64,000 bases of DNA, from assembly GCA_043228905.1 (NCBI GenBank), contig JBHGNT010000009.1, positions 21,700,001-21,764,000 on the forward strand. Reading direction: 5' to 3'. Positions 49,901 to 61,516 of the stretch are shown here, in pieces (within the stretch, counting starts at the first letter, position 1; every line of letters starts with the position of its first letter). The stretch is from Azolla caroliniana. Taxonomy: Eukaryota > Plantae > Polypodiophyta. The translations under genes were made by a program, and so were the position numbers. The notes under the pieces were generated by a model. The model searched no databases, was not told the origin of the DNA, and saw only the letters and a list, made by a program, of their open reading frames with translations.

Positions 49901-52394
49901 CGTCAATAAAACTGACGAAGTAAGAGGCACCGCCTAGAGACTGATGCGGCATTGGGCCACAGACGTCCGAATGGACTAAATCGAGAGGTCTCGTTTCTCT
50001 TGGTGCTGATGTCGGGTGTGATGCGGCTACTTGTTTGCCATACTGGCAATGCTCGCAGAATTGATGGTCCGAGAAGGAGAGTTTGGGGATGTATCCGGCG
50101 CTAGATAGGTGCGTGATGCCGGCCTTGCTGAGGTGTCCTAATCTTCGGTGCCATAATGATGACACAGGAATATCCACCAAAAACAGGTTACCCTCTCTGA
50201 GCGTAACATGTAACGGATACAGTGAGTGTATCTTGGGTCCTCTAGCAAGCAGGAGGTTCCCCCTGTGGAGTGTCCACCCTCCCGAAGAAAAACCGGCACG
50301 AATGCCGTCTTCATCTAGTTGTCCGACTGAGATCAATGGCCTTGAGAGCTCGGGTACATGTCGGACATTGTGGAGTACAAGTGTAGAGCCACCTGCAAGG
50401 TTGAGCTCTACTGTGCCGATTCCGATGATGTCACAGTGTTGCGAGTTGCCGACCCGAACTGAGTCGGAGTGACGGATCGTATATTGCCGAAATTGGGATC
50501 GATGAGGAGTCACGTGAAATGACGCGCCCGAATCTAAGAGCCATGTGCTCGATTCTTCAGTCGTGAGCAGAACTTCTGATCCAACTGGATTTTCTATTGA
50601 TAGTATATTCGGGTCGTCCGGTAGTACATCAGCTGAGAAGCTGACGTAATTGATCTCCTCATGCCGGCCACTCTTCTTGTTGTTCTTGTTCTTGAGTGCG
50701 CGGCAGTCGGCTTTGATGTGTCCGGGTTTCTTGCAATAGTTGCAGATTCGGTTATCCCGTGACTGGCTCCGTCTTCGCTGATTGTTCGGCGGCCGTGAGG
50801 AATCTCGTCCTCGTATGTTCGATCGGTCTGTCGAACCTTGTACTACGTAGGCGTCGTCTGTTGAGTCTTTGGCGAAAGACTTTCTCCGAGCTGCTTCGGT
50901 CAGGATTGCGCTCGTGACTTCGGAGTATTTAACAGCCGTGGTTGACGCGTTGCACACGGTTGTGACGAAAGTTTCCCATGATGGGGGAAGGCTGCTCATG
51001 AGTATCATTGCTCTGAGTTCATCCTCGATTGCCATCCCCTGTGACGAGATTTGGGAGCTTATGCTTTCGTACTCATTGAGGTGTGCTTGGACCGAGTCGG
51101 ATTCTTTCATCCGCAAGTTGTAGAGGCGCCGGATCAGAAACATCTTCGTTGCGGCGACCTTCTTTTCGTAAGTGTCCGACAGTGTTTTCCACAGTTCGAA
51201 TGCTGTCGTACACGATTGCACCGTAAAGTATACCGATTCCGATAGGTGCATCCGGATCGTGGCGCGGACAATTCTGTCCAGCTTCTGCCACTCAATTGGT
51301 TTGTATCCTTCTGGAGGTTCTTCATTTTCGATGGGGTCGATTTGCCCCTTGACTATGAGATAGTCCTGCATTTGTTCCTTCCAGAAGTTGAAGTTCGATC
51401 CATCGAACTTTCGTAGACTCATTTCTGACGAGCCAGATGTTGATGCCATCAAATTCGGTTTCGGTTGACGAAGCTCGGTTCGGAGTTGACTGTGAACCTT
51501 GTTGGAGTGCAGCCGGTTGGCTCACCCGATATCGTTCTAGTCGGATTTGAACCCGAGTCGGTTCAGCTTCGGAACTTGCTCGAATTGACTCCGGTAACTT
51601 GAGGGACAGAACCGACTGGTCTTCCCGAGTGTTGCCGAGTCGGAGTGAGCCCGGTTCGCTTCGGATATATGTGCCGAGTACCGATTATTGAAACCGATTA
51701 TCTGGACCGATTTTGCTTCGGTTGACTGCAGCGACGAGAGAGATAGATCCAACTGATCCTCTCGAATGTCGATCAGCCTGATGAAGCACGAATTTGGGGT
51801 TGTTGTCTTGAGACCGATCTGCACCGAGTGGTTACAACGAGCAGCGTTTGGTGACCTCTTCGGATGCCGTTTAACCGAATGGAGGACGATCGTGTCAATG
51901 ATGCACAAGGGGATTTCACCTCGAGCGGTTACGATCACAAGGAACAGAGTACAACCTGAGGGCTTACTCCAAGCAAGAGGATCTAACGCGATGAGGTGCA
52001 AACCTCGTTTTTGTTCTTCTTCTCTCTTTCTTCGAATGACGCAGGAAACCGAGTGCAGAGACGACGGCCGACAGCGGATTGAAGGACCGACTACTGTGCA
52101 TGCTCTGATACCAGATGTTGGAAGCAATGTCGTCAGTGCGGAAGATCTTGAAGCACTCGATTCCTGTTTATTCCCTGTGTATGACAGAATGTAGGTCGTT
52201 GCACAGAGAGAGAGAGAGAGAGACACAAAAGACTCTTTATTTCACAAAGCAATCATACAACAACCAACCTCACAAAGAGGTTACAAGGTCACTATATATA
52301 GTGACCGACTTAGGGCAACTACCCTTTATGCTAATTACATAAATGGCCGAAACGGGATGGTGTGAATACGTCCATTATACACATGTATTCGACA
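46964..52394 (-). mobile_element. Intact Ty1/copia element J
   Basis: 279-bp LTRs 46964-47242 and 52116-52394 that read as identical. TSD GTTCT. PBS 52102-52113. PPT cgggggag. Confidence 0.98.
47436..51449 (-). CDS. Copia gag-pol polyprotein (Gag, CCHC, protease, integrase, RT, RNase H)
   Basis: Uninterrupted ORF with CNYCKKPGHIKADC, WLLDSGAS, HSDVCGP, RTDNGGEF, IYVDDM and KHIDVRYHF. Confidence 0.97.
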   Translation of the reverse strand: MASTSGSSEMSLRKFDGSNFNFWKEQMQDYLIVKGQIDPIENEEPPEGYKPIEWQKLDRIVRATIRMHLSESVYFTVQSCTTAFELWKTLSDTYEKKVAATKMFLIRRLYNLRMKESDSVQAHLNEYESISSQISSQGMAIEDELRAMILMSSLPPSWETFVTTVCNASTTAVKYSEVTSAILTEAARRKSFAKDSTDDAYVVQGSTDRSNIRGRDSSRPPNNQRRRSQSRDNRICNYCKKPGHIKADCRALKNKNNKKSGRHEEINYVSFSADVLPDDPNILSIENPVGSEVLLTTEESSTWLLDSGASFHVTPHRSQFRQYTIRHSDSVRVGNSQHCDIIGIGTVELNLAGGSTLVLHNVRHVPELSRPLISVGQLDEDGIRAGFSSGGWTLHRGNLLLARGPKIHSLYPLHVTLREGNLFLVDIPVSSLWHRRLGHLSKAGITHLSSAGYIPKLSFSDHQFCEHCQYGKQVAASHPTSAPRETRPLDLVHSDVCGPMPHQSLGGASYFVSFIDDSTRKVWAYPIRTKDRVFSIFTDWLAMVENQTDRKLKCLRTDNGGEFKSDEFVKFCRQRGIRREFTAPHSPEQNGIAERMNRTIQERIVSMLQHSGLSDGFWAEALLTAVHIINMSPSRPLGLQIPQELWIGSKPNYDKLRIFGCEAYALIPKDDRRKLAPRSRKCIFLGYGSDGEMGYRLWDPECRQIVRSSDVVFNESAMNPSVEKPIEVRRVTFSDVLTLQEGPALNTRSASRVAETYTTDSDNSDSAQPNDSVSDHPTSIPDATSPIIPRRSERLSQPPERYSPGIFFTDAGEPTSYEEASTSVDSATWHLAMESEMHSIRANKTWDLVELPRNRRALPCKWVYRLKETSDSTTPKYKARLVAKGFRQEYGVDFDEIFSPVVKMTTLRLLLGVVAADNLELIQLDVKTAFLHGDLEEEIYMEQPKGFVATGQEHLVCRLRKSLYGLKQAPRQWYKKFDDFIQSIGFSKSDEDHCLFTNTARDGSPIFLIIYVDDMLISGRHAGELADLVRQLRLKFAMKDLGPARHILGMKISRHRNKRHLFLSQTDYIGRVLERFNMQSAKSASTPLPMNLRLSQRDCPTSGSEGEDMKSVPYAPAVGSLMYLMVATRPDISHAVGVVSRFMHNPGRSHWNAVKHVFRYLAGTKDHGILFGPNRTSGVVGYTDSDFAGCIDSRKSTTGYCFKFGNGAISWKWKLQECTATSTTEAEYVAASDAAKEALWLGWLAHTFRQVEHDSAPVVYSDSQGAVALSKNPVHHNASKHIDVRYHFVRDCVISGKIGLEKISTTDNVADGMTKCLSADRFRSLRHQMGVTTNQSG

Positions 52395-52496
52395 GTTCTT
52401 TCCTTTTTTTCTCCCATAAATGGCTTTACAACAAATGATGGTTCACCTTGGCGCTCATAAGGTCTATTAGTATCACGTTGTATACTAATGACACGT

Positions 52497-53381
52497 TGTC
52501 GGGGTAGTTGTGGTTCGTGCGGCGAAGTCGCAAGGACTAAGGTTAAGGGGAGTTGAAGGAACTTTTATTAGGCTTGCGCGCAAATGTTAGGAAGATAAAG
52601 GATATGAGGAATAATAGTTTAAAGTAATATGTGTGAGAGAGAGACTAGTATAGATAAAAGATAGAGGCAATGTATGATTCAAGACGCAAGATAGAGACAA
52701 AGTATGATTTAAGACAAAAAAGTATATGATATGAACATGATGTATATTATGAATACAAGATTTTACCAACTTTACAATGTTTGGTAACAAGATGAACCCT
52801 TTCTCTATCGACCCTTGATTCGAACTCTTGACTCCAACTTGGAAACACGAGCCTCTTCACCAACAAGCTAACTTGTTTGTTTTTTTTTATTATCTTATTT
52901 CTCTAACTTTCTCTTGATCCCTTTGTTTTCCCTTTCCCCTCTTTATATAAGTGTTACCATGCATATGGTAATGTATGGGAGCATGGCATGCATGCAATGC
53001 ATGAGTTACATGTAATGCATGATCGCCATTTGGCGCACATGCATTGCATGTGATGAATGATGGCTATGTATGAAAATAGATATGGGATAACTATAATGAT
53101 GAAAATGCATTCTAAAATAACTAACCTAGCTTAGTGGTGTATACTTGGTGCTTGGTATACAAGGTTGAGGGTTCAAGTCCCTCAATTTTACTTAATACAA
53201 TATATAGCTTCATTCTTATATCATGAAGCACATTTATTACACACTTTTACAAATAAATAGCCTAGCCTAGTGGTATGTACATTGTATATTGTTTATAAGG
53301 ATGTGGGTTCAAGTCTCTCAAATATTATTAAATACAACATTTAAGCTCATTTTTATATCGTGAAGCACATTCTTCACGACA
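52497..53381 (-). mobile_element. Solo LTR H of the tRNA-Trp group
   Basis: Minus strand starts tgtcgtgaagaa, as do the LTRs of C and D. Perfect 4-bp TSD ACGT. TATA near 52945. Confidence 0.87.
53127..53320 (+). promoter_or_regulatory. Two tandem tRNA-like A-box/B-box (Pol III type 2) modules inside LTR H
   Basis: tagcttagtggt...gaggg-ttcaagt-ccctc (perfect T-arm) and tagcctagtggt...gggttcaagtc, with tRNA-like spacing. Confidence 0.6.
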
Positions 53382-56300
53382 ACGTGCCTCAAGAGCACTA
53401 TGAGATTGTCAAAGTTCAAAAATCTCGTGCAAGGTAGAATTAAGGAAATTTTGTATTTGTAAAAAATATGACTCAATGGGGATTGGCCTAGGAGGATTTT
53501 TCCTTCAATTCCTTCTGCTTGGGTGAATGCCATTGGGTCGTTATTACGAGCCATTGAATGATAATTTCTAGCAAAGAAATAGGATAAGGTTAGCCAAATA
53601 GTCATAACATCATGTCGTGATGTAAACATATCATGGGCAAACATCAATCAATATCATTATCTCACGTCAATACCCTTCTAGACATATGGGGCGAGGTTCA
53701 AGATCAGGTTAATATGGTAAGACAAAGGTGTTTTAAAATTCATGGGGGTGACAAATGAATCTTATTTCCCCCTTGTTAACAAGAAAAATATGTAGGTACG
53801 TTACCCAACCTCAAGTCTCAACATTACGATGACATACCCCAAAGTGCAACCTAATGGTTAAGCCACACAAGCCCTCTTTTCGTAGTAGCCCACATGACCC
53901 GTTACATGGTTACATAATTACGAATGCCTTCCGTAATGATGATCTTATGGTGGCATCGTAGCCATGTAACGAGTGAGGAATGTTGGATGCATGTGTCATA
54001 TGGGCGACCTCACATGAAGTGGGTCAAGATCTATGCTCTCAACATCATTGTGGCTATGATCATTTCATTCTAACATGTAGCGAAATCGAGGTGACCAAGG
54101 GAAATAAAATAAATAAACAAATTGTTTGAAGGATGGTGACTACGCCTTTCTCACAAAAAATGTGAGGATGCCCACCAAGTTCCTTTCCCCGAAAAGTACA
54201 ACGTTCGATATTCCAAAATACTGTAATAAACACTAATATACACATATTTATGTTTATCACATGTATGCGATTAAATGCGTATACACATAGAATGAACCAT
54301 ACGTATCATACGTGCATTCACATTCGAGAATGATTCAATCAAACGTGTATGGTAAATCATCTCAAAGTTGAATTGGATTGACAAGTTTGATTGGATTGAC
54401 TATGGTCTATATTATATATTGATTCACTCTCAATCCCTATAAGTGGACTCTAATCCATTGTGAACCACCAACATAAGTATGGTTGCAATATTTGCATTGT
54501 ATCACATGCATAATTTTGGGATGCGTCTTAAGAATCAAGACATCTCTATCATCCTCACTTTAGAACTTTACAAAAAAAGGAGTATGAAGTACAAAGATTG
54601 AATCAAAATATGTCATTATAAATTATAATCAAATGTTCAAAAACTCATAAAATGTACATTCGAGAATATGAAGAAAACATGACATAGGCAATAGTAGCAT
54701 AACAACTTATCACTAGGGTGAGCTAATTTCTAATAACAAAGAAAGAAAGAAAAAGAAGAAAAAAGAAACGATCACAAACTCATAAAACCTATATTTGAGA
54801 ATATAAAGAAAACATGACATAAGCAGTAGTAGAATAACAATTTAGCATTAGGGTGAGCTAATTTCTAATAACAAACAAAGAAAAAAAAGTAACATGACAC
54901 TAACAAGAGGATATGAGAAAGTTGGGAATTTAACTCAAGACACAAGCAATAGTAACATGGCAACTTACCACTAGGTTAAGCTTATTTCTAATAACAAAAA
55001 ATGAAAAAAAACAAAAAAACAAATATAAAATTTTGTACGAACAACAGAGAGATGATAAAAATGGGACTTGAACCCAAGACATACACAACAATAGCCTATC
55101 TTGTTACCACTAGGATGACCTAAACTTATGATAAAAAACATGAAAAATAAGAAAAAAAAAGGAGCACGTATTTTTCCCTTTTCAAACGTTTTCAATCGTT
55201 TGAATGCTTGCACGTACATGAATATTACGTTCTATGCGTATACATGTGATTAAATACGTAACATAGCCAATGAATGATATAATCGAGATATGTAATCGAG
55301 GCATATAGCCTCTACGCACACGAAACATCCATAATAAGGATGAACGTAATATGCAATTGAGGTATTGACGTCTTACGCATACAACACAATTTGCATAATA
55401 TCATTTACATAGAAATTGAGGTATTGAGCTTATACGCATACGTAAGATATGTATGTGAACATAACACACAATTGAGGTATTAACCTCGTACACATACAAC
55501 ACAAATCACATGTCAAATATACGTTAAATGAGGTATTTACCTCATACACATGTGTATACGTTTTATACAACAAAGTATTACCACTACAACATAATTGAAT
55601 CAATGAAAACAATTACATATTGAATATACATGATTAGATTGGGAGAAGAAAGAATAGAATAAAAATTAAGAAAGGGTTACCAAATTTCCTTTGTTGATAG
55701 CTATCTGGATCAAGCTCAATCGCACATCGATCGATCACCATCCAACAAGAAGAAAAAGAAAACAACCAACAAAAGAAATATTAGAAAAAAAACGCAATGG
55801 AAGCGTGGTCGGCCCATAACCCACAACTCCTATGATCGAAACCTGACTCTGATACCAACTGTTAGAGCTAGATCCTAATGTGAGCATATGATAGATAGAT
55901 AGAAAGGAGAGAGAGAAAGAACGGTGTTGATTCACCTGACCACCCTCGAGAGAAGGGATTGAGACGGACTCGAGCCTTGATCGGCGTCCCATACCACTGT
56001 CATGGCTTCAAGCCGTACCTGGTCCTGACAAGCTCGCTACAAGAGTTTGATCCACCATAAGGACAGAGTCAAAGCCTTAGTCAAGAGATGTCAAAGGAGG
56101 GTAGCTAGGCCTCATATTTATAGCCAAACCTAAGGCCCCCAGGCAAGTTCACACTTGACCTTAATGGCTTGTCTCAATTGCAAGGATTAAAAGTAATCCT
56201 TCCCTTCCTTACACTCTTGTTTAACCCTCACACTTTATCCATGTGTATAGAATACTATGGTATAATCTTACCACGGGATATTATATGATCATACCCATAA

Positions 56301-56541
56301 CATTACATTCCCCCATTAAGCATTACTAAAGACATTGCATCTTGTCCTAATAAAAGTATGAGGTTAAAAGCCCATTGTATACATTAACCCAAAAACAAAG
56401 GACCAATTAACATGATCATAAGCTTTCTCTAAATCTAATTGCATCATAATCAATTCTGGTTGAGTGTTTCATCCATAATTCATGGCCATTTGAACGTTCA
56501 ACACATTATGCAATATATTCCAGGTAATTGTGTGTTTTCAC

Positions 56542-56544
<3 letters not shown>

Positions 56545-56591
<47 letters not shown>
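56545..56591. repeat. (GA)n microsatellite
   Basis: Pure AG dinucleotide run. Confidence 0.95.
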
Positions 56592-56594
<3 letters not shown>

Positions 56595-56856
56595 GGACAA
56601 GGAAGCTTCAGACAAGAGTGCCTCACGCCCAATTGTTGTTGCAGGTAAGTCACACATACACTCTTCTCTCTCTCTCTCTCTAAGTGAGTGAAGAATGTGT
56701 GTCTATGTGAGTGAGAGAGAGGAGCATAGCTTGTCGTTCTATGAAATCCTACATGCGTCACTTTGTGAAGCCCTATATGAGTCGTACAATGACATTCGGG
56801 TGTCACAAAACGTGTCACTTACAATGTCACACAATGACAGTACAATATCGATGTTG

Positions 56857-57147
56857 TTAACAATGTGGTTTGTGATGAACTTTGATGACCCTAACACCCC
56901 TTTTTGTTGTAGTGGAATCGCAAACACAATGCACATGGTCATCATTGAGGAGTATTCTAATCTCCATTCTAGCATCCAAATATTTATTGATCTTCCATTC
57001 TCCTAATCCATTTCTTGTTTTAGGATTGTACAATGAGCAATCTATTAGTTGTTTCACGTTTTCTCTTTCTAGGATTAGTTCCGTTATAGTTTTCCACATT
57101 GGATATTTGTGATTTGTGAATTTCTCTACTACATATCTCCTTGTCAT
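56857..57147 (-). pseudogene. Old copia gag N-terminal remnant
   Basis: VEKFTNHKYPMWK...LILERE...ARMEIRILLND resembles the copia Gag N-terminus. Confidence 0.55.
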
Positions 57148-57276
57148 AATGTTGGATGTTGACGAAAAGACATTGGATAAGCATAGGTTTTCTATTTCTT
57201 CTTTAGAGTATATTTTGTTTCAGGATTGGCCGGTTCAATCAAAGGAAATGTGTAATGTCTTGTGTTTTACTTAGAG

Positions 57277-57761
57277 ATGAGGGGAAAGATCCAATAAGAC
57301 AAAGAGGATGGAGATAGATAAATGGATAGATTCTATTATCTTCTTCGGAGGTCAAATATGACTTATGAGACCAACAATATTACATTCCACAGAATACATG
57401 TGAAAGTGAATATCGACTCTTAATGTTCAAGAACATTACCAGTGGATGTTGCAAGCGAGAGTGCACATTGTGACCATGAGAGAAATTTGTACAAGGATTG
57501 GGTTTGGTCAAAGATGGATGAGGGGAAAGATCGAATAACACAAAGAGGATGGAGATGGATAAATGGATAGATTCTATTATCTTCTTCGGAGGTCAAATAT
57601 GACTTATGAGACCAAAAATACTACATTCCACAGAATACATGTGAAAGTGAATATCGACTCTTGATGTTCAAGAACATTACCAGTGGATGTTGCAAGCGAG
57701 AGTGCACATTGTGACCGTGAGAGAAATTTGTACAAGGATTGGGTTTGGTCAAAGATGGATG
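57277..57761. repeat. 241-bp direct tandem duplication
   Basis: ggggaaagat at 57281 and 57522; copies nearly identical. Confidence 0.9.
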
Positions 57762-58493
57762 GAAAGCATAGTCGAATATGATCAAAGGTAGAGCACTATA
57801 TCAAATTGTGGTACCAAGACTCCCAAACTTGTTTCAGGCAAAGTGTGCATAGTCGAGCACTCTCATCACTTGTGGCCCAACACCGTCTCACATCGCAATG
57901 CATGTGAACTAAGGCACATGGAAGCAATCGTTTGGATGGCAGACAACGTGATGGGCTCTAACATGTATCATTGTGTAGGGTTTCCCTATTCGACGAAGAA
58001 TACAATGGATAGAAGAGATAAGACAAACTTCCTAAAAATATTGTATATTCATTATAATAAAGTGCTATTATATAGATTGGCTACAAAACAAACATTGAAG
58101 AAGAAGATGCATATACTAGGTGTCTAATGTCTCCTATTTTTTCTTTAGGTAGACATTAATATATATTATATCTTATTCACTTGTTTCTGCATGTAGGAAG
58201 TAGGAGTAGGAAGTCTGGGGATGTGTTTGAGCCGATAAGTAGTTATGTTACATAGTCGTGATCTTTTACCTTTACATCGCATCTAACCAAATATGTCCCT
58301 GGTTCTCAATTTCAGCACTTTGACATTCCGTGAGGTGTTGAACATTAGGTAATCTTTTCTATCGAATCCTTCGATTTCTCTATGGGGGGCTTTGATAAGT
58401 TGTTATTGCATCCCATGTATTATATATGCATATCTATTGCTTTGACATTCATGCATGATATGGCATAGTGAATTTATCATTGATTATAAATAC

Positions 58494-58536
<43 letters not shown>

Positions 58537-59010
58537 ACAATACATATACATACATATATATATATATATGTATATATATATGCATTCCTCTAAACATTCA
58601 TCCATGATAGGACAAACGTTCCTAAATGGGTGATTATAACGCTCCATATAGCCTTTTTGTCCTATCCTTTTCTGTCTTTTTTCTTATTATTCGCCTAATT
58701 ATTGCCAGCAAGACGGAAACCTCTGACGGGGGTTTGATCAGCAACTGTAGAGTTGTTGATCCTATGTATCATGTATGGCGTTGACATTCATGCATTATAT
58801 CGAATAATGAATATCATTGGTTGGTTATATATGCATATGTACTTATATATATTATATATGCAGTGCTTTGACATTCATCCATGATATACAATCCACAATC
58901 GATCAAAACAAAACATGCGTCAACGATAGTGTTGTCAATCGATCAAAACAAAACATGTGTCAACGATATAGAATCATCAATCCATCAAAACAAAATATAC
59001 TTTACCTATA

Positions 59011-59043
<33 letters not shown>

Positions 59044-59102
59044 ACATGTAATTGGATGACCACCACATAGTGTTAGATAATCAAAAGAGGATAATAGGAG
59101 TA

Positions 59103-61516
59103 ATGGAACCATATAATTGCATCTTTGGTACCATTGTTGTAGCTTCTGTTGTGTAAAGGCGTCCCTCCTTGCGGGGGAGTCGGCCGAAAAGTCGACTTGA
59201 GTGTCGACTGGTCGAAATCGGTCGAAAAGCCGATTAGAGTCGAATCACTGAAATCGGCCGAAAAACCGAATTACCGAATTTGGTCGAAATTCGGAAAGTA
59301 AAAGAATAGTCAGTTGCGAAGAACCGAATCGGGGGTTAGCTGATCGAATTCGGTGAGAGAGTCAAATTCGTACTCAGTCGAATAGACACACATATACATA
59401 TACATATGTCTTCTACATTCAAAGAAGAAATCGACTTAGTATATATATGCTGACAGACCTGGTAGTGCGCCTGTATGTGGGATAACTCACTAAGAGTGAA
59501 ATAGTGAGAAAAGGGGAAAACCTACATAGCGTATGTGAGGGTGTGAGATATATATATATATCTGAGAGAAAAACGAGGAGTGTGTGTTGTGTAAATCTGA
59601 GAACGACTGGTTTTCTGCACAGTAGTGGTTGTGTAAGAGTATACGAACTCAGAAGCTAAGTAAGAAGAAAAGAAGAGTGAAGCAAAAGAGAAAAAGATAG
59701 TGAAGCTTCGGAAGCTTCGGAAGGAATAGTCACCTGCGTGCTAGAGTTTGAAGAGCTTGACTGAAATCGTGGTTTCAGTACAAGCTCATACCAAATCAGG
59801 TTTCATTGTTCTATGATTGTATTCTGTCATTTCTCATAGTGAAAGCTCTGTTCCGTGGTTTTTACCTAAATCAGGGTTTTCCACGTAAATTGTGTGTTCT
59901 TTCTTATTTCCTGTTTGCGTCTAAGTTCAATTTCTGATTTCGAATCGGAGTGAAGTTTTTACAGCTTCTTTAGGATTTCTCATGGTGCATTTATATAGGT
60001 GGAAGAAATGTGCTTATGAGTCGGACGCGCGCCTGCCTGGGCCGCCATTGCTTGTTCCCATCCTAGGTCACCTACCGAATGTCTTCTTCGGAAGAAAGCC
60101 AGCGTATCAATATTTCGCCAACCTCACACACAAATATGGGCCCATCGTCTCGCTCCGCCTCGGCTCCACACCTGTCATTGTGGTCTCGAGCCCGGGACTC
60201 ACGAGAGAGGTGCTCCACACCCACGACGAGACCTTTGCCAACCGTCCCACCTTCTCGAGCTCTCAATTCCTCACTGGTAGAGAGGGAGACAAGGCCATTG
60301 GCATGCTTCCTTACGGCGAGGAGTGGAGGCGAGGCCGGAAGCTTTATAGCGATCACCTTCTTTCGGCTCCCCAGATCCATGAGTTCCAATCCAATGTGAT
60401 TTCTGACGAGATCCAGCACCTCATTTCCGACAAACTTCGGACCGTCAGCACCAAACTAGTCAACCTCACCGATTTCTTCGATAGGCTCATCGAGAATATC
60501 ATATGCCGCATCTTGCTCTGGCAAACCCCCTCGCAAGTCATCGGCTCTTCCTCGGCTCTTCGTCTTTCTCACCTGATGCGAGAAGCTGGTGAGCTTCTTA
60601 CCATTCCTCTAATGAGTGACTATGTCCCTTGGCTTGGCTTTATGGATTGGAAAGCAAAGGCAGCCATGAAGAAATGGAGATCATCCTACAATGCCCTAAT
60701 GGACCACATTCTGGCTGCGCGGGAGAAGGCCAACAACATGTCAGGAGATGTCACATCGCTTAGAGATATTCTGGACGTGCTTTTGTCACCGGAGCACAAT
60801 TTTAGTAGAGGCACCATCAAAGCCTACATTTTGGTGAGTACCACTCTCTGATTCCACGATTATGACTACTTTATAACAATATAATGAACTATATCTATCA
60901 TACTACCACAAAGGCATGACAGTAAATTATATCTATATTTAGTTCATTTTGACATGATATTAACGACAAGATCAACAATTACTATTACTATTCATACATA
61001 TACCACAGGAGTTGCTCGGAGCTGCGACTCAATCATCGAGCACTACATTAGATTGGGCTATGTCGGAATTGTTGTCAAATCGACATGTCTTAACGAAGCT
61101 TCAAGCGGAGATCGATGAAGTGGTGGGACTTGAACGATGCGTCAATAGCTCGGACATCCCGCGCCTACCATATCTCCAAGCTGTATTGAAGGAAACATTC
61201 CGGAAGCATCACGTGGCTCCCTTGCTCTTTCCCCGGATCTCCTACGAGAGCTCTAATGTGGGGGGTTATACGATCCCGAAAGGCACAAAGTTGTTTGTGA
61301 ATACTTGGGCCATAGGCCGTGACCCGGAGGTGTGGAAGGACCCTGAGGTGTTCCTACCGGAAAGATTTCTTGTAGTGCCGGGAGGAGGCAAGGAGGAACT
61401 GGTGGATTTGAAGAAGCATCACTTCAAGCTTCTACCATTCGGGGCGGGGAGACGGATATGTCCGGGAATGGAGATGGGCATGGCCGTTGTGCAGCTGGCT
61501 TTGGCAAGGCTTGTCC
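59103..61516 (+). pseudogene. Cytochrome P450, CYP71 clan (A-type), disrupted. Exon 1: 59103-59146 plus 59969-60833. Intron: 60834-61008. Exon 2: 61009-61516.
   Basis: Restored anchor MEPYNCIFGTIVVASLGFLMVHLYRW, hinge LPGPP, YGEEWRRGRK, phase-0 GT-AG intron before the I-helix, ETFR, PERF, FGAGRRICPG. C-terminus missing. Confidence 0.92.
59147..59963 (+). mobile_element. Solo LTR (817 bp) inside P450 exon 1
   Basis: TG...CA termini with perfect 5-bp TSD GCTTC. Removal restores the P450 frame. Orientation inferred from a TATA-like tract followed by a U5-like end. Confidence 0.9.

Larger units (their letters stand above)
45500..56503 (-). mobile_element. 3'-truncated decayed gypsy element I, related to N, host to J and H
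   Basis: 5' LTR from 55860 to about 56503, Met-i PBS (ctctgatacca) just left of it. Gag GEPSFVVKPFMGEKKERTKEAIFTWLGQWESHFEL, protease FVFDSGSSHNF, RT start LPPKRNIDHRVDI. Outer limits approximate. Confidence 0.82.

Noticed and set aside
51537-52226. 229-aa ORF upstream of the J polyprotein
   Set aside because: It runs through the LTR, PBS and leader, starts in a microsatellite, and is not kept open in sister element K.
52811-53320. Genuine tRNA genes
   Set aside because: A/B boxes and a T-arm are present, but no acceptor stem or regular anticodon arm could be folded.
59700-59725. Heat-shock element in the P450 solo LTR (gaagcttcggaagcttcggaa)
   Set aside because: The period is 9 bp, which breaks nGAAn phasing after two units.
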